DNA of 53,329 nt from Undibacterium sp. (GCF_043770645.1 NZ_JAYVHZ010000202.1), one strand, 5' to 3'. Positions 9,284 through 18,655 are shown, counted from the stretch's first letter. The notes: generated by a model from the sequence alone, not told the origin. Program-made: numbers and translations.

Positions 9284-10144
9284 ATGCGTACTATTTTTGC
9301 CCTTTGCTCTATTCTCGCCTTCTCAGGTTGTGCCATTATCATCGCGCCAGATGGCAATGACGCGCGCTTTGAATCCGCTTGGAGTAGCAACGCCGTTAAG
9401 GGAAATGGCGATTTGCAATTAGATAAGCGTCAAGTTAATGGCGTGACTGCTTTAAACGTCAGCGGTCCTATGCAAGTGGAAGTCCGCGTCGGTAGCGCGG
9501 CAGGCTTGGAAATCAGCGGCGATAGCAATTTGCTCAAATTGGTGCAAACGCAAGTGAATGGCGACACGCAAAAAATCTGGATCGATGAAAAATTTAATAG
9601 CGATAACCCAATTCGTGTTGTGTACACAGTGCCAGCCTTGACGGAAGTCACATCGAATGGTTCAGGACGCATGATGGTCAGTGGTTTGAATGGCGGTAGT
9701 TTTGCCGTAAAAAATTATGGCTCACGCAGCATCAACTTAGATGGTCGTGTTACGCGACTTGATATTACCAATAGCGGTTCAGGCAGTATTAATGCCTTGG
9801 CTTTGATGAGTAGCGATGCCAAAGTGCATGTGCAAGGCTCTGGTTCTTTAAGCCTTGGTGCGGTCAATGGCAATGAGTTACAAGTTTCCGTGAATGGTTC
9901 AGGCTCGGTTAATGCCAGCGGTAATGTACGTAATCTGGTTGCGAACACCCATGGCTCAGGTTCAGCACAATTGTCTTCAGTCAAAAGCGTGAGTGCGGAT
10001 TTGGCTAGCTACGGCTCTGGTTCTGTGTATGCCGCTGTGTCGCAAAATGTGAATGCGCAGAGCAATGGTTCAGGCAGCGTCACTGTGTATGGCAATCCCG
10101 CGCAACGTAATGTGAATGGCCGTCGCGTGAATTTTATGAATTAA
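9284..10144 (+). CDS. GIN-domain (DUF2807) lipoprotein, putative adhesin head
   Basis: Lipobox FSGC, repeated xGSGSx beta-helix units, DSNLL motif and terminal VYGNP. Confidence 0.88.
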   Translation: MRTIFALCSILAFSGCAIIIAPDGNDARFESAWSSNAVKGNGDLQLDKRQVNGVTALNVSGPMQVEVRVGSAAGLEISGDSNLLKLVQTQVNGDTQKIWIDEKFNSDNPIRVVYTVPALTEVTSNGSGRMMVSGLNGGSFAVKNYGSRSINLDGRVTRLDITNSGSGSINALALMSSDAKVHVQGSGSLSLGAVNGNELQVSVNGSGSVNASGNVRNLVANTHGSGSAQLSSVKSVSADLASYGSGSVYAAVSQNVNAQSNGSGSVTVYGNPAQRNVNGRRVNFMN

Positions 10145-10175
10145 TGTCCTCTTAAGTTTGAGGAAAAGTTCGAGG

Positions 10176-10210
10176 AAAATAGCGATAGCTTGTTCTATCG
10201 CTATTTTTTT
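10176..10210 (+). terminator. Rho-independent terminator
   Basis: Stem AAAATAGCGATAG/CTATCGCTATTTT followed by a T-run. Confidence 0.85.
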
Positions 10211-10366
10211 GTCCGCATCCATGTGTCCTTATCAACGCTGTTACAAGTTCTTACTAGCTTAATCTCAATGTTACTAAATACCCCGTGCATTTTACGCTTG
10301 TAAGATTTATTCTGAACCCTTCGCATTTTGTCATAGCTGGTCTCCGCTCAAAATTGAAAGTGTTCT

Positions 10367-11947
10367 ATGTTAACTCTGCCGCGTTCATCCTCCCTTATGT
10401 CTGGCTTGCTAGCGCTCACCGTGCTATGCATCTTGCCCGCCTGTAGTCATCAGCCCAGCAATTCACAAATCCAATCACAAGCCTCTTCAAATTTTTTTCA
10501 ACGAGCACAAGTCGATCAATACGCATTTTTAAATCGTGTGACCTGGGGCGCGAATCAGTCTAGTGAGCAGCAATTACGTGAGCTTGGTCCTGATGCCTAC
10601 TTGCTGAGGCAATTGAAGGCGACACCAGCACCCTTGCCAGCACCAATTCAAAGTCAGATTGATGCCATGACGATTTCGAAAAAACCATTTGTCGAGATGA
10701 TGCAAGCGCTTGATCAGCAACGGGAAGAGTACGTCAAGATGAAAGGCACTGATGACAGCTTGCGTCAGGCTTATCAGCAAGAGCTAACCCGTCTTGCACG
10801 TGAGGCCGCTTCGCGTTCTTTGTTGCGTTCTGTTTATTCATCGAATCAATTACTGGAACAAATGAATTGGTTTTGGATGAACCATTTCAATATCTCTAAT
10901 CGCAAAGATAATGTACGGGCGATGTTGGCTGATTTTGAAGAAACAGCAATTCGCCCGCATGCGCTGGGCAATTTCCGCGATTTATTGAAAGCGACCGTGC
11001 TACATCCGGCGATGTTGCGTTACTTGGATAACGAACATAACGCGGTTAACAAAATCAACGAAAACTATGCGCGTGAATTACTTGAGCTGCACACGATGGG
11101 TGTTGGCAGTGGCTATACTCAGGCGGATGTGCAAGAGCTGGCGCGAGTCTTGACCGGCTTGGGCATCAAAGTTAAGGCGGATACGCCGCGTCCTAATCAG
11201 GCACAATTGGCGGGCTATCAGCGTTTGGGTTTGACTGAATTTCATCCAAGACGACACGATTTCGATACCAAAACAATATTGGGAACCACCATCAAAGGCC
11301 AAGGTCTTGCGGAGATCGATCAGGTCTTGGATCTGCTAATGAGCCAACCTGCAACAGCCAAATTCCTCAGTCATAAACTAGCCCAATTTTTTGTCACGGA
11401 TGATCCCTCTGATGCTTTAGTGCAGAGCATGGCGAATCAGTTTTTGCGCAGTAAAGGTGACATCCCTAGTGTCTTGCGCACGATGTTTGAGTCGCAAGAT
11501 TTCCTAGCCTCTTTAGGCAAAAAGTTTAAAGACCCAATGCACTATGTGATCTCCTCAGTGCGACTGGCGTATGAAGACAAGATGATCGTGAATACGGGAC
11601 CTGTCTTAAATTGGATTAACAATCTGGGACAACAGCCGAACGGCCATCAGACTCCTGATGGCTATTCGATGAAAGAAATGGCTTGGTCGAGTCCAGCACA
11701 AATGACAGCACGCTTTGACGTCGCCAGACTGATCTCACGTGGTGCGCCGAATTTGTTTAAAGCAGATATGGAAGAAACCACGGCACAACATCGCGAAGCA
11801 GCGCGTCCAGCACTAGCGCAAAATCCATATGTGAAAGAGCTTAGTGCTCGATTCGGCACCACTTCGAAGGAGGCCTTGAGTCAGTCTGGCTCGGCTCAAG
11901 AATGGAATGCTTTTTTCCTTTCAACACCAGAAATGATGCGCCGATAA
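10367..11947 (+). CDS. DUF1800 family protein (lipoprotein signal)
   Basis: FWMNHF, HPAMLRYLDN, NENYARELLELHTMG, YTQADVQELARVLTG. Confidence 0.92.
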   Translation: MLTLPRSSSLMSGLLALTVLCILPACSHQPSNSQIQSQASSNFFQRAQVDQYAFLNRVTWGANQSSEQQLRELGPDAYLLRQLKATPAPLPAPIQSQIDAMTISKKPFVEMMQALDQQREEYVKMKGTDDSLRQAYQQELTRLAREAASRSLLRSVYSSNQLLEQMNWFWMNHFNISNRKDNVRAMLADFEETAIRPHALGNFRDLLKATVLHPAMLRYLDNEHNAVNKINENYARELLELHTMGVGSGYTQADVQELARVLTGLGIKVKADTPRPNQAQLAGYQRLGLTEFHPRRHDFDTKTILGTTIKGQGLAEIDQVLDLLMSQPATAKFLSHKLAQFFVTDDPSDALVQSMANQFLRSKGDIPSVLRTMFESQDFLASLGKKFKDPMHYVISSVRLAYEDKMIVNTGPVLNWINNLGQQPNGHQTPDGYSMKEMAWSSPAQMTARFDVARLISRGAPNLFKADMEETTAQHREAARPALAQNPYVKELSARFGTTSKEALSQSGSAQEWNAFFLSTPEMMRR

Positions 11948-12007
11948 TCGCCTCCTATCGCTTCCTATACATAGGACGAATTTCAAACACTTCTTTAGCA
12001 ATGTCAG

Positions 12008-13225
12008 GTGAACACGATGAACCGTAGAGACTTATTAAAATCTTTTGCAGCAGCTGCGACCACCTTGAGCGCAACGGGCTTTAGCTCGCAACTATTGGCG
12101 GCACCAGCGATTGAGGAGCGTTTCCTTGTGGTGTTTTTGCGTGGTGCTTATGATGCGAGCAATTTACTGGTGCCTGTTAGTAGTAGTTTTTATTATGAAT
12201 CTCGGCCTAACATTGCGATTGCAAAAACCAGTGCGGATCCTTTATCGGCTTTGGCATTGAACGCTGACTGGGGACTCCACCCTGCATTGCGTAATTCGAT
12301 TTATCCTATGTTTCAAGCGGGTGAAGCCGCCTTTATTCCCTTTGCTGGAACGCACGATGTATCACGCAGCCATTTTGAAACTCAAGATGGTATCGAGATG
12401 GGTCAAGAGCTTGGTGGTAGTCGCAATTTTCAATCAGGATTTTTGAATCGGCTGGCAGCACAACTGAATGCCGGCAGTGCGATGTCATTCACTGAGCAGC
12501 TTCCTATCATTATGCGAGGTGATGCGAAAGTCGCCAACGTCGCATTGCAAAAAGCCAGCAAGAATAGTCTAGACGACCGACAAAGCAAAATCATCGCGCA
12601 GATGTACGGCAAAACTGCATTAGAAAAACAAGTCGAAGACGGCTTCGCGGTGCGTGGTGAAGTCGTTCAGAACATGAAAGCAGAAGAAGCCATGATGACG
12701 AATGATGGTAATCGTGATGCGATCTCGACCAAAGGCTTCGCATTAGAAGCCAAGCGGATCGCAAAAATGATGCGCGATAAATATGCATTAGGATTCATCG
12801 ATGTAGGTGGCTGGGATACCCACGTGAACCAAGGCGCTGGGAATGGTACGCTAGCCAATAAACTGGAGGAGTTGGGGCGCGGACTTCTAGCGTATAAAAC
12901 TGAAATGGGTAGCATGTGGAAAAACACCACGGTGGTGGTGATCAGCGAATTTGGTCGCACCTTCCGCGAGAACGGCAAGCGTGGTACAGATCACGGACAT
13001 GGCAGTGTGTATTGGGTCTTGGGCGGTGGCATCAAAGGCGGTCGCGTACTCGGTGAGCAAATGGCATTGACGCCAAGCAGTTTGTTTCAAAATCGCGACT
13101 ATCCGGTCTTGAACGAATACCGCGCAGTGCTTGGCGGCTTGTTCGCACGAAGCTATGGCTTGAATGCAAATCAGATGGACAAAATCTTTGCCGGTGTGAA
13201 ACCGACTGATCTCGGATTAGTGTAA
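12008..13225 (+). CDS. DUF1501 family protein (Tat-exported)
   Basis: NRRDLLK Tat motif, VVFLRGAYD, SRSHF, GGWDTH, SEFGRT and GTDHG; canonical partner of DUF1800. Confidence 0.92.
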   Translation: MNTMNRRDLLKSFAAAATTLSATGFSSQLLAAPAIEERFLVVFLRGAYDASNLLVPVSSSFYYESRPNIAIAKTSADPLSALALNADWGLHPALRNSIYPMFQAGEAAFIPFAGTHDVSRSHFETQDGIEMGQELGGSRNFQSGFLNRLAAQLNAGSAMSFTEQLPIIMRGDAKVANVALQKASKNSLDDRQSKIIAQMYGKTALEKQVEDGFAVRGEVVQNMKAEEAMMTNDGNRDAISTKGFALEAKRIAKMMRDKYALGFIDVGGWDTHVNQGAGNGTLANKLEELGRGLLAYKTEMGSMWKNTTVVVISEFGRTFRENGKRGTDHGHGSVYWVLGGGIKGGRVLGEQMALTPSSLFQNRDYPVLNEYRAVLGGLFARSYGLNANQMDKIFAGVKPTDLGLV

Positions 13226-13365
13226 ATCCATAATTTTTCTTGTTGTCTTTTTGCTTAGCTGTTAAGGTAGATGCTCTGAACGCCGTCTGCCTTGATGAGC
13301 CAAACCTAGGGCAAGCTGGCTTGATGCACTGGTTCAAAACAACAGCGTGAAAAACCAAGAAAAAT

Positions 13366-13788
13366 ATGATGACAAACAAGCCCTCTCAAATCTCTCGAAA
13401 GCTGAAAGCATTGGTGAATATCGTCGCCTTAACCACATTAGGACCTATCGCCATGACAGCTTCTGCACAGCAGAACCCGCCAGTTGAAACCAAAGATCAG
13501 CATCCCATGGTCAAAGTTTTTCAGCCTTGCGTCAATGCGACCGGCTTGGTTGTGGATTTGCCACTTGCCGATCCACAGCCAGCGTATGAGTCCAGTGGAC
13601 AGCTATATCAATTAAATGAACTTGGGCGTATTCGTGATGGTTATAAACATTACTTACACATCAGCGCTGATACCAAGTTATTTTATATCGTGCAAACTGG
13701 TGGTATTGCCGGAACGCAAAAGGTCTTTGGACCATTAGATCCTAGCAATCCTTGTTCTGTTAAGTCTGTTAAACCTAGAAAACCGTAA
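13366..13788 (+). CDS. Secreted hypothetical protein
   Basis: Signal-like N-terminus ending ASA-Q; C-terminal TGGIAG...FGP. Confidence 0.65.
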   Translation: MMTNKPSQISRKLKALVNIVALTTLGPIAMTASAQQNPPVETKDQHPMVKVFQPCVNATGLVVDLPLADPQPAYESSGQLYQLNELGRIRDGYKHYLHISADTKLFYIVQTGGIAGTQKVFGPLDPSNPCSVKSVKPRKP

Positions 13789-13801
13789 TTTTCAGCTCGA
13801 A

Positions 13802-13843
13802 CCCCCCTTCTCCCGCAAGCGGGAGAAGGGGCGGGGATGAGGG
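13802..13843. repeat. REP-like GC-rich hairpin
   Basis: CCCCTTCTCCCGC-AA-GCGGGAGAAGGGG followed by GGGGATGAGGG. Confidence 0.7.
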
Positions 13844-14107
13844 AGTTTCAAGTTCGATTAACAGCAGTAGCACTTGATACAGTATGACGATAATCAGGAC
13901 CTGTCAGGTGCTCATCATAGGGACTGAATATTCACGGTAATCCTTCTAATCCTTTAAATACCACGAAAAACAAATTCCGTACGCTCGGTGCCAACCTAGA
14001 AGTCAGCACTAATCAGCACTAGATAGAAGAATCTGAGCGACTCTAGTAAGATAGAGCGCTTCTGACATTCGTTAAATCAAAGATTCTCGCGTTAAAAGTC
14101 ATCCCCT

Positions 14108-14653
14108 ATGCTTCCAATATCCCCAGTCCCATCATCAGCACCATACGAATTCCGCCTTGCCAATCATGACGATGCACCAGCATTGGCGGCGCTAGCACGA
14201 CAAACATTCATCGATACCTATGCCGAACAAAATGATGCCGAACAGATTCGTGCGCACTGCGAAAAAAACTTCGGTATCTCACAACAAAGCAAAGAAATAG
14301 CCGACCCTGATTATGTGGTGATTCTCGCTTACCACGATGAAGAGCTCGTCGGCTTCGCGCAGGTCGTCAATAACCCACCGCCAGAGTCGATTGCTGCAGA
14401 CAAAGCGGTCGCGCTATATCGCTACTACGTTAAAAAAGAATGGCACGGCAAAGGTATCGCTCAACCACTATTGGCAGAAGCAGCGACAGCAGCAAAAACC
14501 TTCAATGCCAATCAACTTTGGTTAGGCATGTGGGAGCACAACGCGCGCGCCCTGGCCTATTACAAAAAGGTTGGGTTTGAACATGTGGGTTGGATGGACT
14601 ATGAATTTGGTGGCGTGATCGAACGGGATTATGTGTTGTTGAAGAATCTGTGA
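14108..14653 (+). CDS. GNAT N-acetyltransferase (PaiA-like)
   Basis: TFIDTY, WHGKGIA, LWLGMWEHNARALAYYKKVGF. Confidence 0.9.
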   Translation: MLPISPVPSSAPYEFRLANHDDAPALAALARQTFIDTYAEQNDAEQIRAHCEKNFGISQQSKEIADPDYVVILAYHDEELVGFAQVVNNPPPESIAADKAVALYRYYVKKEWHGKGIAQPLLAEAATAAKTFNANQLWLGMWEHNARALAYYKKVGFEHVGWMDYEFGGVIERDYVLLKNL

Positions 14654-14822
14654 AAACAAACTGTTCGGAGTATCGCCCTCTTTTTCAGCTTGGTATTTAA
14701 AATATGTGAAAACTTTTGCCAAAAAAAGTAGTCGAGATTTTGGTTCATTGAATTTAACTCCTCATAGCCGTATCGTTTCGGCAGAGTGTTCGATTCGTGT
14801 GATTTCTTTGATGAGAATTAAA

Positions 14823-15605
14823 ATGAAAAAATACTTAGCTTTGTGTCTGGTTTTGTTGACGATGGTGGCCTGTTCTAAAGTGCAAGCGCCAGCGGAATTA
14901 CAAGCGGAGCTGGCCGCGGAAAGTCAGAATGCGGCCTCTCGTTATTTAGCATATGAACATAGCATTGAGCTCGACACCGACGAAGAAAAAGTTTCCGAAA
15001 TCTTTAACAAAGCTTTGGCCGCTTGTCATGAGGCCAGCGATGCCTTGTGCACTGTTCTGCAATCAAATTTCAATACCGGTCGTTCAGCGTATGCTTCGCT
15101 CAAGTTTCGCGCCAAACCACAAGGCATACAAAAATTGATCAGCAGTTTGCGTCAACAGGGACAAGTGACAGATCAATCCACGACAGCAGAAGATCTGGCG
15201 GCACCGATTGAAGACAGCAGCAAAAAATTAGCCATGATGCAGGACTACAGAAGCAAATTAGAAGCTCTGCGTACCCGCGCTGCCAACGATGTCGACGCCT
15301 TGATAAAGGTCAACCGCGAACTAGCTCAAGTGCAATCAGAGATTGAAGCAGCGGAAGGAAAGAAAGCGCATTTGCTACAGAGAGTAGAAACGGAAATCTT
15401 AAACGTGCGAATTAGCTCACAAGAGAAACGCAGCTTTTGGACGCCAGTCGGCTACGCGCTGAGCGGCTTCAAAGCCGACTTTTCACAGGGCATTGCGACG
15501 GTGATTACCGCTAGCGCTTATATGATTCCATGGTTGGCCTTATTCGTGTTCTTGTTCTGGGCTGCACGCAAGCTGTGGCGTCGTCGACATATCTCGAAGA
15601 CCTGA
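14823..15605 (+). CDS. DUF4349 domain lipoprotein
   Basis: Lipobox MVAC, YLAYEH, TTAEDL, coiled coil and a C-terminal TM followed by RRR. Confidence 0.85.
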   Translation: MKKYLALCLVLLTMVACSKVQAPAELQAELAAESQNAASRYLAYEHSIELDTDEEKVSEIFNKALAACHEASDALCTVLQSNFNTGRSAYASLKFRAKPQGIQKLISSLRQQGQVTDQSTTAEDLAAPIEDSSKKLAMMQDYRSKLEALRTRAANDVDALIKVNRELAQVQSEIEAAEGKKAHLLQRVETEILNVRISSQEKRSFWTPVGYALSGFKADFSQGIATVITASAYMIPWLALFVFLFWAARKLWRRRHISKT

Positions 15606-15656
15606 ATACTCGCATAGAGATATGCCACGAATTTCTACAATATTCAAATCGCTTGC

Positions 15657-15684
15657 TTGACATGACCTAGAAGCTGGGTAGAAT
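15657..15684 (+). promoter_or_regulatory. Sigma70 promoter upstream of the cassette array
   Basis: TTGACA (15657-15662), 16-nt spacer, TAGAAT (15679-15684). Confidence 0.6.
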
Positions 15685-15854
15685 GCGAGTCAATTATAGT
15701 GACGGTTTTCGTAGAGAATTTAGTACTGATTGAGTGCGCACTGCATCTCTGAGGAGCTTTGCTGCAAAAGGGTTTTAAGAATATTTTTTAAACTTTTTAT
15801 GCGAACGGTGTCGGGTTTATTCGATGAATGGTTGCGGAAAACACGTTAGATCTT

Positions 15855-16421
15855 ATGGAACAAATACTTGAAATTGCCGCGTCGGTTAGATCGCATTACC
15901 TTGAGAAGATGATTGCATCGTTCGAAGACTTTCGCGCACTGCATTCGCCGTCAGCATTAGAGGTTTTGTTTGAATTGCAACGCGAATGTGAGTACCCATT
16001 TAGACTATATCGGGCCGATATGGCGTCGAACACAGAAGATGGACCGAAACTCCAAGATGTAAATCCGGAAGGATACTTGAACTTTAGTGCGATCACTGAG
16101 AGCATCTCTGAAAATTTGCAAGTGACGCTTAATCCGATTGTGTGGCATGGAGTAGATTTTGATTGCGACAAAGTGTTAGCTGAGACTGATTTGGAGGGTT
16201 GGGCAATGAGGTGGCTCGACGTCGATGATGAACATATACAAGATAGCGTAGGACTTCAAGGCGTTATTCATTCCGTGACAGCTCCGGAACTTCAAGGTTC
16301 ACGTACTGAATTTTCCGTTGACTTTGGTTCTGCTCCAGTGGAAGCACTCAAAGAATTATTGGATTTGCTTTCGTCAATCGGCGCGACCTCTGTGAAAATC
16401 CGTTCCTCATGCTTAGGTTAA
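15855..16421 (+). CDS. Hypothetical acidic protein (cassette 1)
   Basis: ATG 15855 follows the core GTTAGAT; the stop overlaps the complementary TAAGATCTAAC. Confidence 0.8.
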   Translation: MEQILEIAASVRSHYLEKMIASFEDFRALHSPSALEVLFELQRECEYPFRLYRADMASNTEDGPKLQDVNPEGYLNFSAITESISENLQVTLNPIVWHGVDFDCDKVLAETDLEGWAMRWLDVDDEHIQDSVGLQGVIHSVTAPELQGSRTEFSVDFGSAPVEALKELLDLLSSIGATSVKIRSSCLG

Positions 16422-16422
16422 G

Positions 16423-16476
16423 ATCTAACTCAACAATCGGTACGGACGCTTCGCGCCCGCCATTTCAGCATTAGGC
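16423..16476 (+). repeat. attC-like site
   Basis: ATCTAAC...GGACGCTTCGCGCCC...ATTAGGC, 54 bp, 59-base-element layout with a G>A change in the right core. Confidence 0.75.
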
Positions 16477-16481
16477 TTCAA

Positions 16482-16958
16482 ATGAAACTTTGGACTGCAC
16501 GTCTTGTTGTTGTCATGTCTTTCGCGAGTACCTCTTTGCTAGGTATTTCGGCAGAAGCTAGCGATTCTGTGGCGCTAATACGCTATGGAACCAGCTACGG
16601 AAAATGCATCGGCTACTGCTCAAAGAGCATCGAAGTGTTTCCCGCTCGGGTCGCGTTTATTGCAATTGCATATAACCAGACAAAGAGGCTTCCGGCAATT
16701 AGTAACGAAGCCAAGCTAGATAAGCAAGAGCACGAGGAATTGCGTCGCTTACTCAAGGAAGCATCTGTCAACGGTCTTGAAGAGCGAATTGGTTGCCCAG
16801 ATTGCACTGATGGAGGTGCCGAATGGATAGAGATCCCCCAACACGGTCGATTCAAGCGAATTACGTTCGAGAAGGGAAAACCGCCCACTCAGCTCAGAGC
16901 ACTAACAAACTGGCTGGGAACACTGCAGGGCAGATTCCCCGTCCCGTCGGTGCGATGA
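16482..16958 (+). CDS. Secreted Cys-motif hypothetical protein (cassette 2)
   Basis: Signal peptide; YGTSYGKCIGYC and IGCPDCTDGGAEWIEI. Confidence 0.8.
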   Translation: MKLWTARLVVVMSFASTSLLGISAEASDSVALIRYGTSYGKCIGYCSKSIEVFPARVAFIAIAYNQTKRLPAISNEAKLDKQEHEELRRLLKEASVNGLEERIGCPDCTDGGAEWIEIPQHGRFKRITFEKGKPPTQLRALTNWLGTLQGRFPVPSVR

Positions 16959-16959
16959 A

Positions 16960-16989
16960 GCCTAAACCTTCCATCGAGCAATGTTAAAA
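16960..16989 (+). repeat. Internally deleted attC-like site
   Basis: GCCTAAA-CCTTCCATCGAGC-AAT-GTTAAAA; only about 30 bp remain. Confidence 0.55.
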
Positions 16990-17002
16990 CCAAAAGGAAA
17001 TT

Positions 17003-17242
17003 ATGCAAATACTGTGGGAAATCTTAGTCGGTTGGGGGCCAATGTTTCTACTTATTGGTGTCTGGATTTATATGGCACGAAAAAGTGGAGGGATGAAGCA
17101 AGGTCAATACTTTGATGAAGTAAAGGTGTATCTGTCTGAGCATTTAGCCGAAACAAAGCAGCTAAACGTTAACTTGGAAAGAATTGCTAATGCGCTCGAG
17201 AGAAAAAATGCAGAGAGTAGCAACGATGGAAAAGATAAATAA
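17003..17242 (+). CDS. Small single-TM protein with an FtsH-TM2-like segment (cassette 3)
   Basis: AAGGAA RBS; WGPMFLLIGVWIYMARKSGG followed by a coiled coil. Confidence 0.75.
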   Translation: MQILWEILVGWGPMFLLIGVWIYMARKSGGMKQGQYFDEVKVYLSEHLAETKQLNVNLERIANALERKNAESSNDGKDK

Positions 17243-17254
17243 ATTATTGATTTC

Positions 17255-17365
17255 CATAGGAGTAATTTGCCGTTCAAGTTTTACCAGTATGGTCGGTCGG
17301 ATTGGCCGCGATACGGCTCAGTATTTTATAAATCTGTGGGCCACCTGCTCAACGTTGCGTTATAT
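17255..17365 (+). repeat. Eroded attC-like site
   Basis: Right arm GCCACCTGCTCAACGTTGC-GTTATAT is typical of attC 3' ends; the left arm is unclear and the left boundary approximate. Confidence 0.5.
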
Positions 17366-17385
17366 TTCAAGAGGAAGACTGACGA

Positions 17386-18078
17386 ATGGCCGATAGAGTA
17401 TTGCCACAACCAGAAAAATTTGCATCGTGCCCATACGATGAGAAGATACTCGATTTCTATGAAGGCCAATTCGACTCTGTGTTTGTCCTACTTCATCCTT
17501 TCTTCTATCCTCGGAAAATTAACATTGACCGGTTCTGTCCGGAGCATTGGCCAACAAAGCTTGAAATTATCGAGACTTGTGAAAGAGTTTCTTGGAAACG
17601 GATTATTGAATTGACCGAGCTATCTTCTTTCGCTCAAATAGATGTCGGACTAAGGACAAGTATTCAGGGATTAAATCGAGAAATTGCGAATGAAGATTAC
17701 GCATCTCGTTTAATCGAATTGACTCAAAAGGAAAATATCATTCGTCCACAAGAAGGAGATCTTCCACCTCTTCTCGAAAATCGAATTTATGAGGCGATTA
17801 AAGTTTTGGGACATGAGTGGTTGTGGGTTGGAGACGAATTTGGAACGGAGAGAAAGCTGCATTGGATTGATGACTTAATCAAGAGTGATGTAATCCCAGT
17901 TCACGGCTGTGTATTTACTCACGATCATAGTTTGCTAGTGACGACTCATTGGGATAGTCATTGCTCATTCTTATGTTCGTCGAAAGAGATCATTGAAGGA
18001 ATTTTAAAGGTTGATGATTTTGAAGGTTTCTACTGTACCGAAAAAACAGAAGTGTACTGGGGCGCATATGAAATATAG
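17386..18078 (+). CDS. DUF2711-like protein (cassette 4)
   Basis: FYEGQFDSVFVLLHPF, TTHWDSHCSFLCSS and FEGFYCTEKTEVYW, recalled as the DUF2711/YwbB-like family. Confidence 0.75.
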   Translation: MADRVLPQPEKFASCPYDEKILDFYEGQFDSVFVLLHPFFYPRKINIDRFCPEHWPTKLEIIETCERVSWKRIIELTELSSFAQIDVGLRTSIQGLNREIANEDYASRLIELTQKENIIRPQEGDLPPLLENRIYEAIKVLGHEWLWVGDEFGTERKLHWIDDLIKSDVIPVHGCVFTHDHSLLVTTHWDSHCSFLCSSKEIIEGILKVDDFEGFYCTEKTEVYWGAYEI

Positions 18079-18162
18079 CCGGACAATTGATCGGGCTGGC
18101 CGTGTTTGTACTGCATTCTTTCAAAATTTGTGTGCGACCCTCCGCGCATCTCAGCTTTAGAG
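18073..18162 (+). repeat. Eroded attC-like site
   Basis: ATATAGC (overlapping the stop) ... CCGCGCATCTCAGC-TTTAGAG. Confidence 0.55.
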
Positions 18163-18170
18163 GTCAGACA

Positions 18171-18554
18171 ATGAGCGCACTTGCAAGAATCAAAGCATGG
18201 TGGAAATCTCGTCAGCCCAAACGGTTAGAAGAGCTTTTGGAGGTTGAGTTCGATGCGCTTGAAGTTCGTATTCGTGTTCTAAGCGCCGAAATGGATCCGG
18301 GCTGGAATCAGACATTTTTCTGGGATAACATCGCGCGAGTTTGCTTCAAAGACGAAGGGCTTTGGACATCAGATAGTGTTTTTATTTCATTACACAATCA
18401 AGAATCTGTGGTTCATGTTTTAATTGAAGCAAAAGGTGGCTCGGAGTTTTTCGGTGAACTTTGCAATCGAGGTCTATTTCCAGAAAATATATGGCGCAAG
18501 GCTATGGGCGACACCAGTGGCGGAACCCATTGTTGGCCACCGTTTGATAAGTGA
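18171..18554 (+). CDS. Hypothetical protein (cassette 5)
   Basis: GAGG RBS then ATG 18171 (MSALARIK); the upstream TTG start would lie inside the attC-like site. Confidence 0.75.
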   Translation: MSALARIKAWWKSRQPKRLEELLEVEFDALEVRIRVLSAEMDPGWNQTFFWDNIARVCFKDEGLWTSDSVFISLHNQESVVHVLIEAKGGSEFFGELCNRGLFPENIWRKAMGDTSGGTHCWPPFDK

Positions 18555-18555
18555 C

Positions 18556-18645
18556 TGCTAAGTGGACATTCGAGGGTGAAGACGTGATATGGTTTTGTCT
18601 TCGTGTGAGCAGATTAGTGCGGCTCACGTCAATTTTGAGTTAGGC
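18556..18645 (+). repeat. Eroded attC-like site
   Basis: TGCTAAG ... CGTGTGAGC/GCTCACG stem ... GTTAGGC (canonical core at 18639). Confidence 0.55.
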
Positions 18646-18655
18646 CCATAGAGAT

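Noticed and set aside
17184-17614. Alternative ORFs 17184-17396 and 17267-17614
   Set aside because: They overlap the attC-like spacer and the better-supported DUF2711-like gene.
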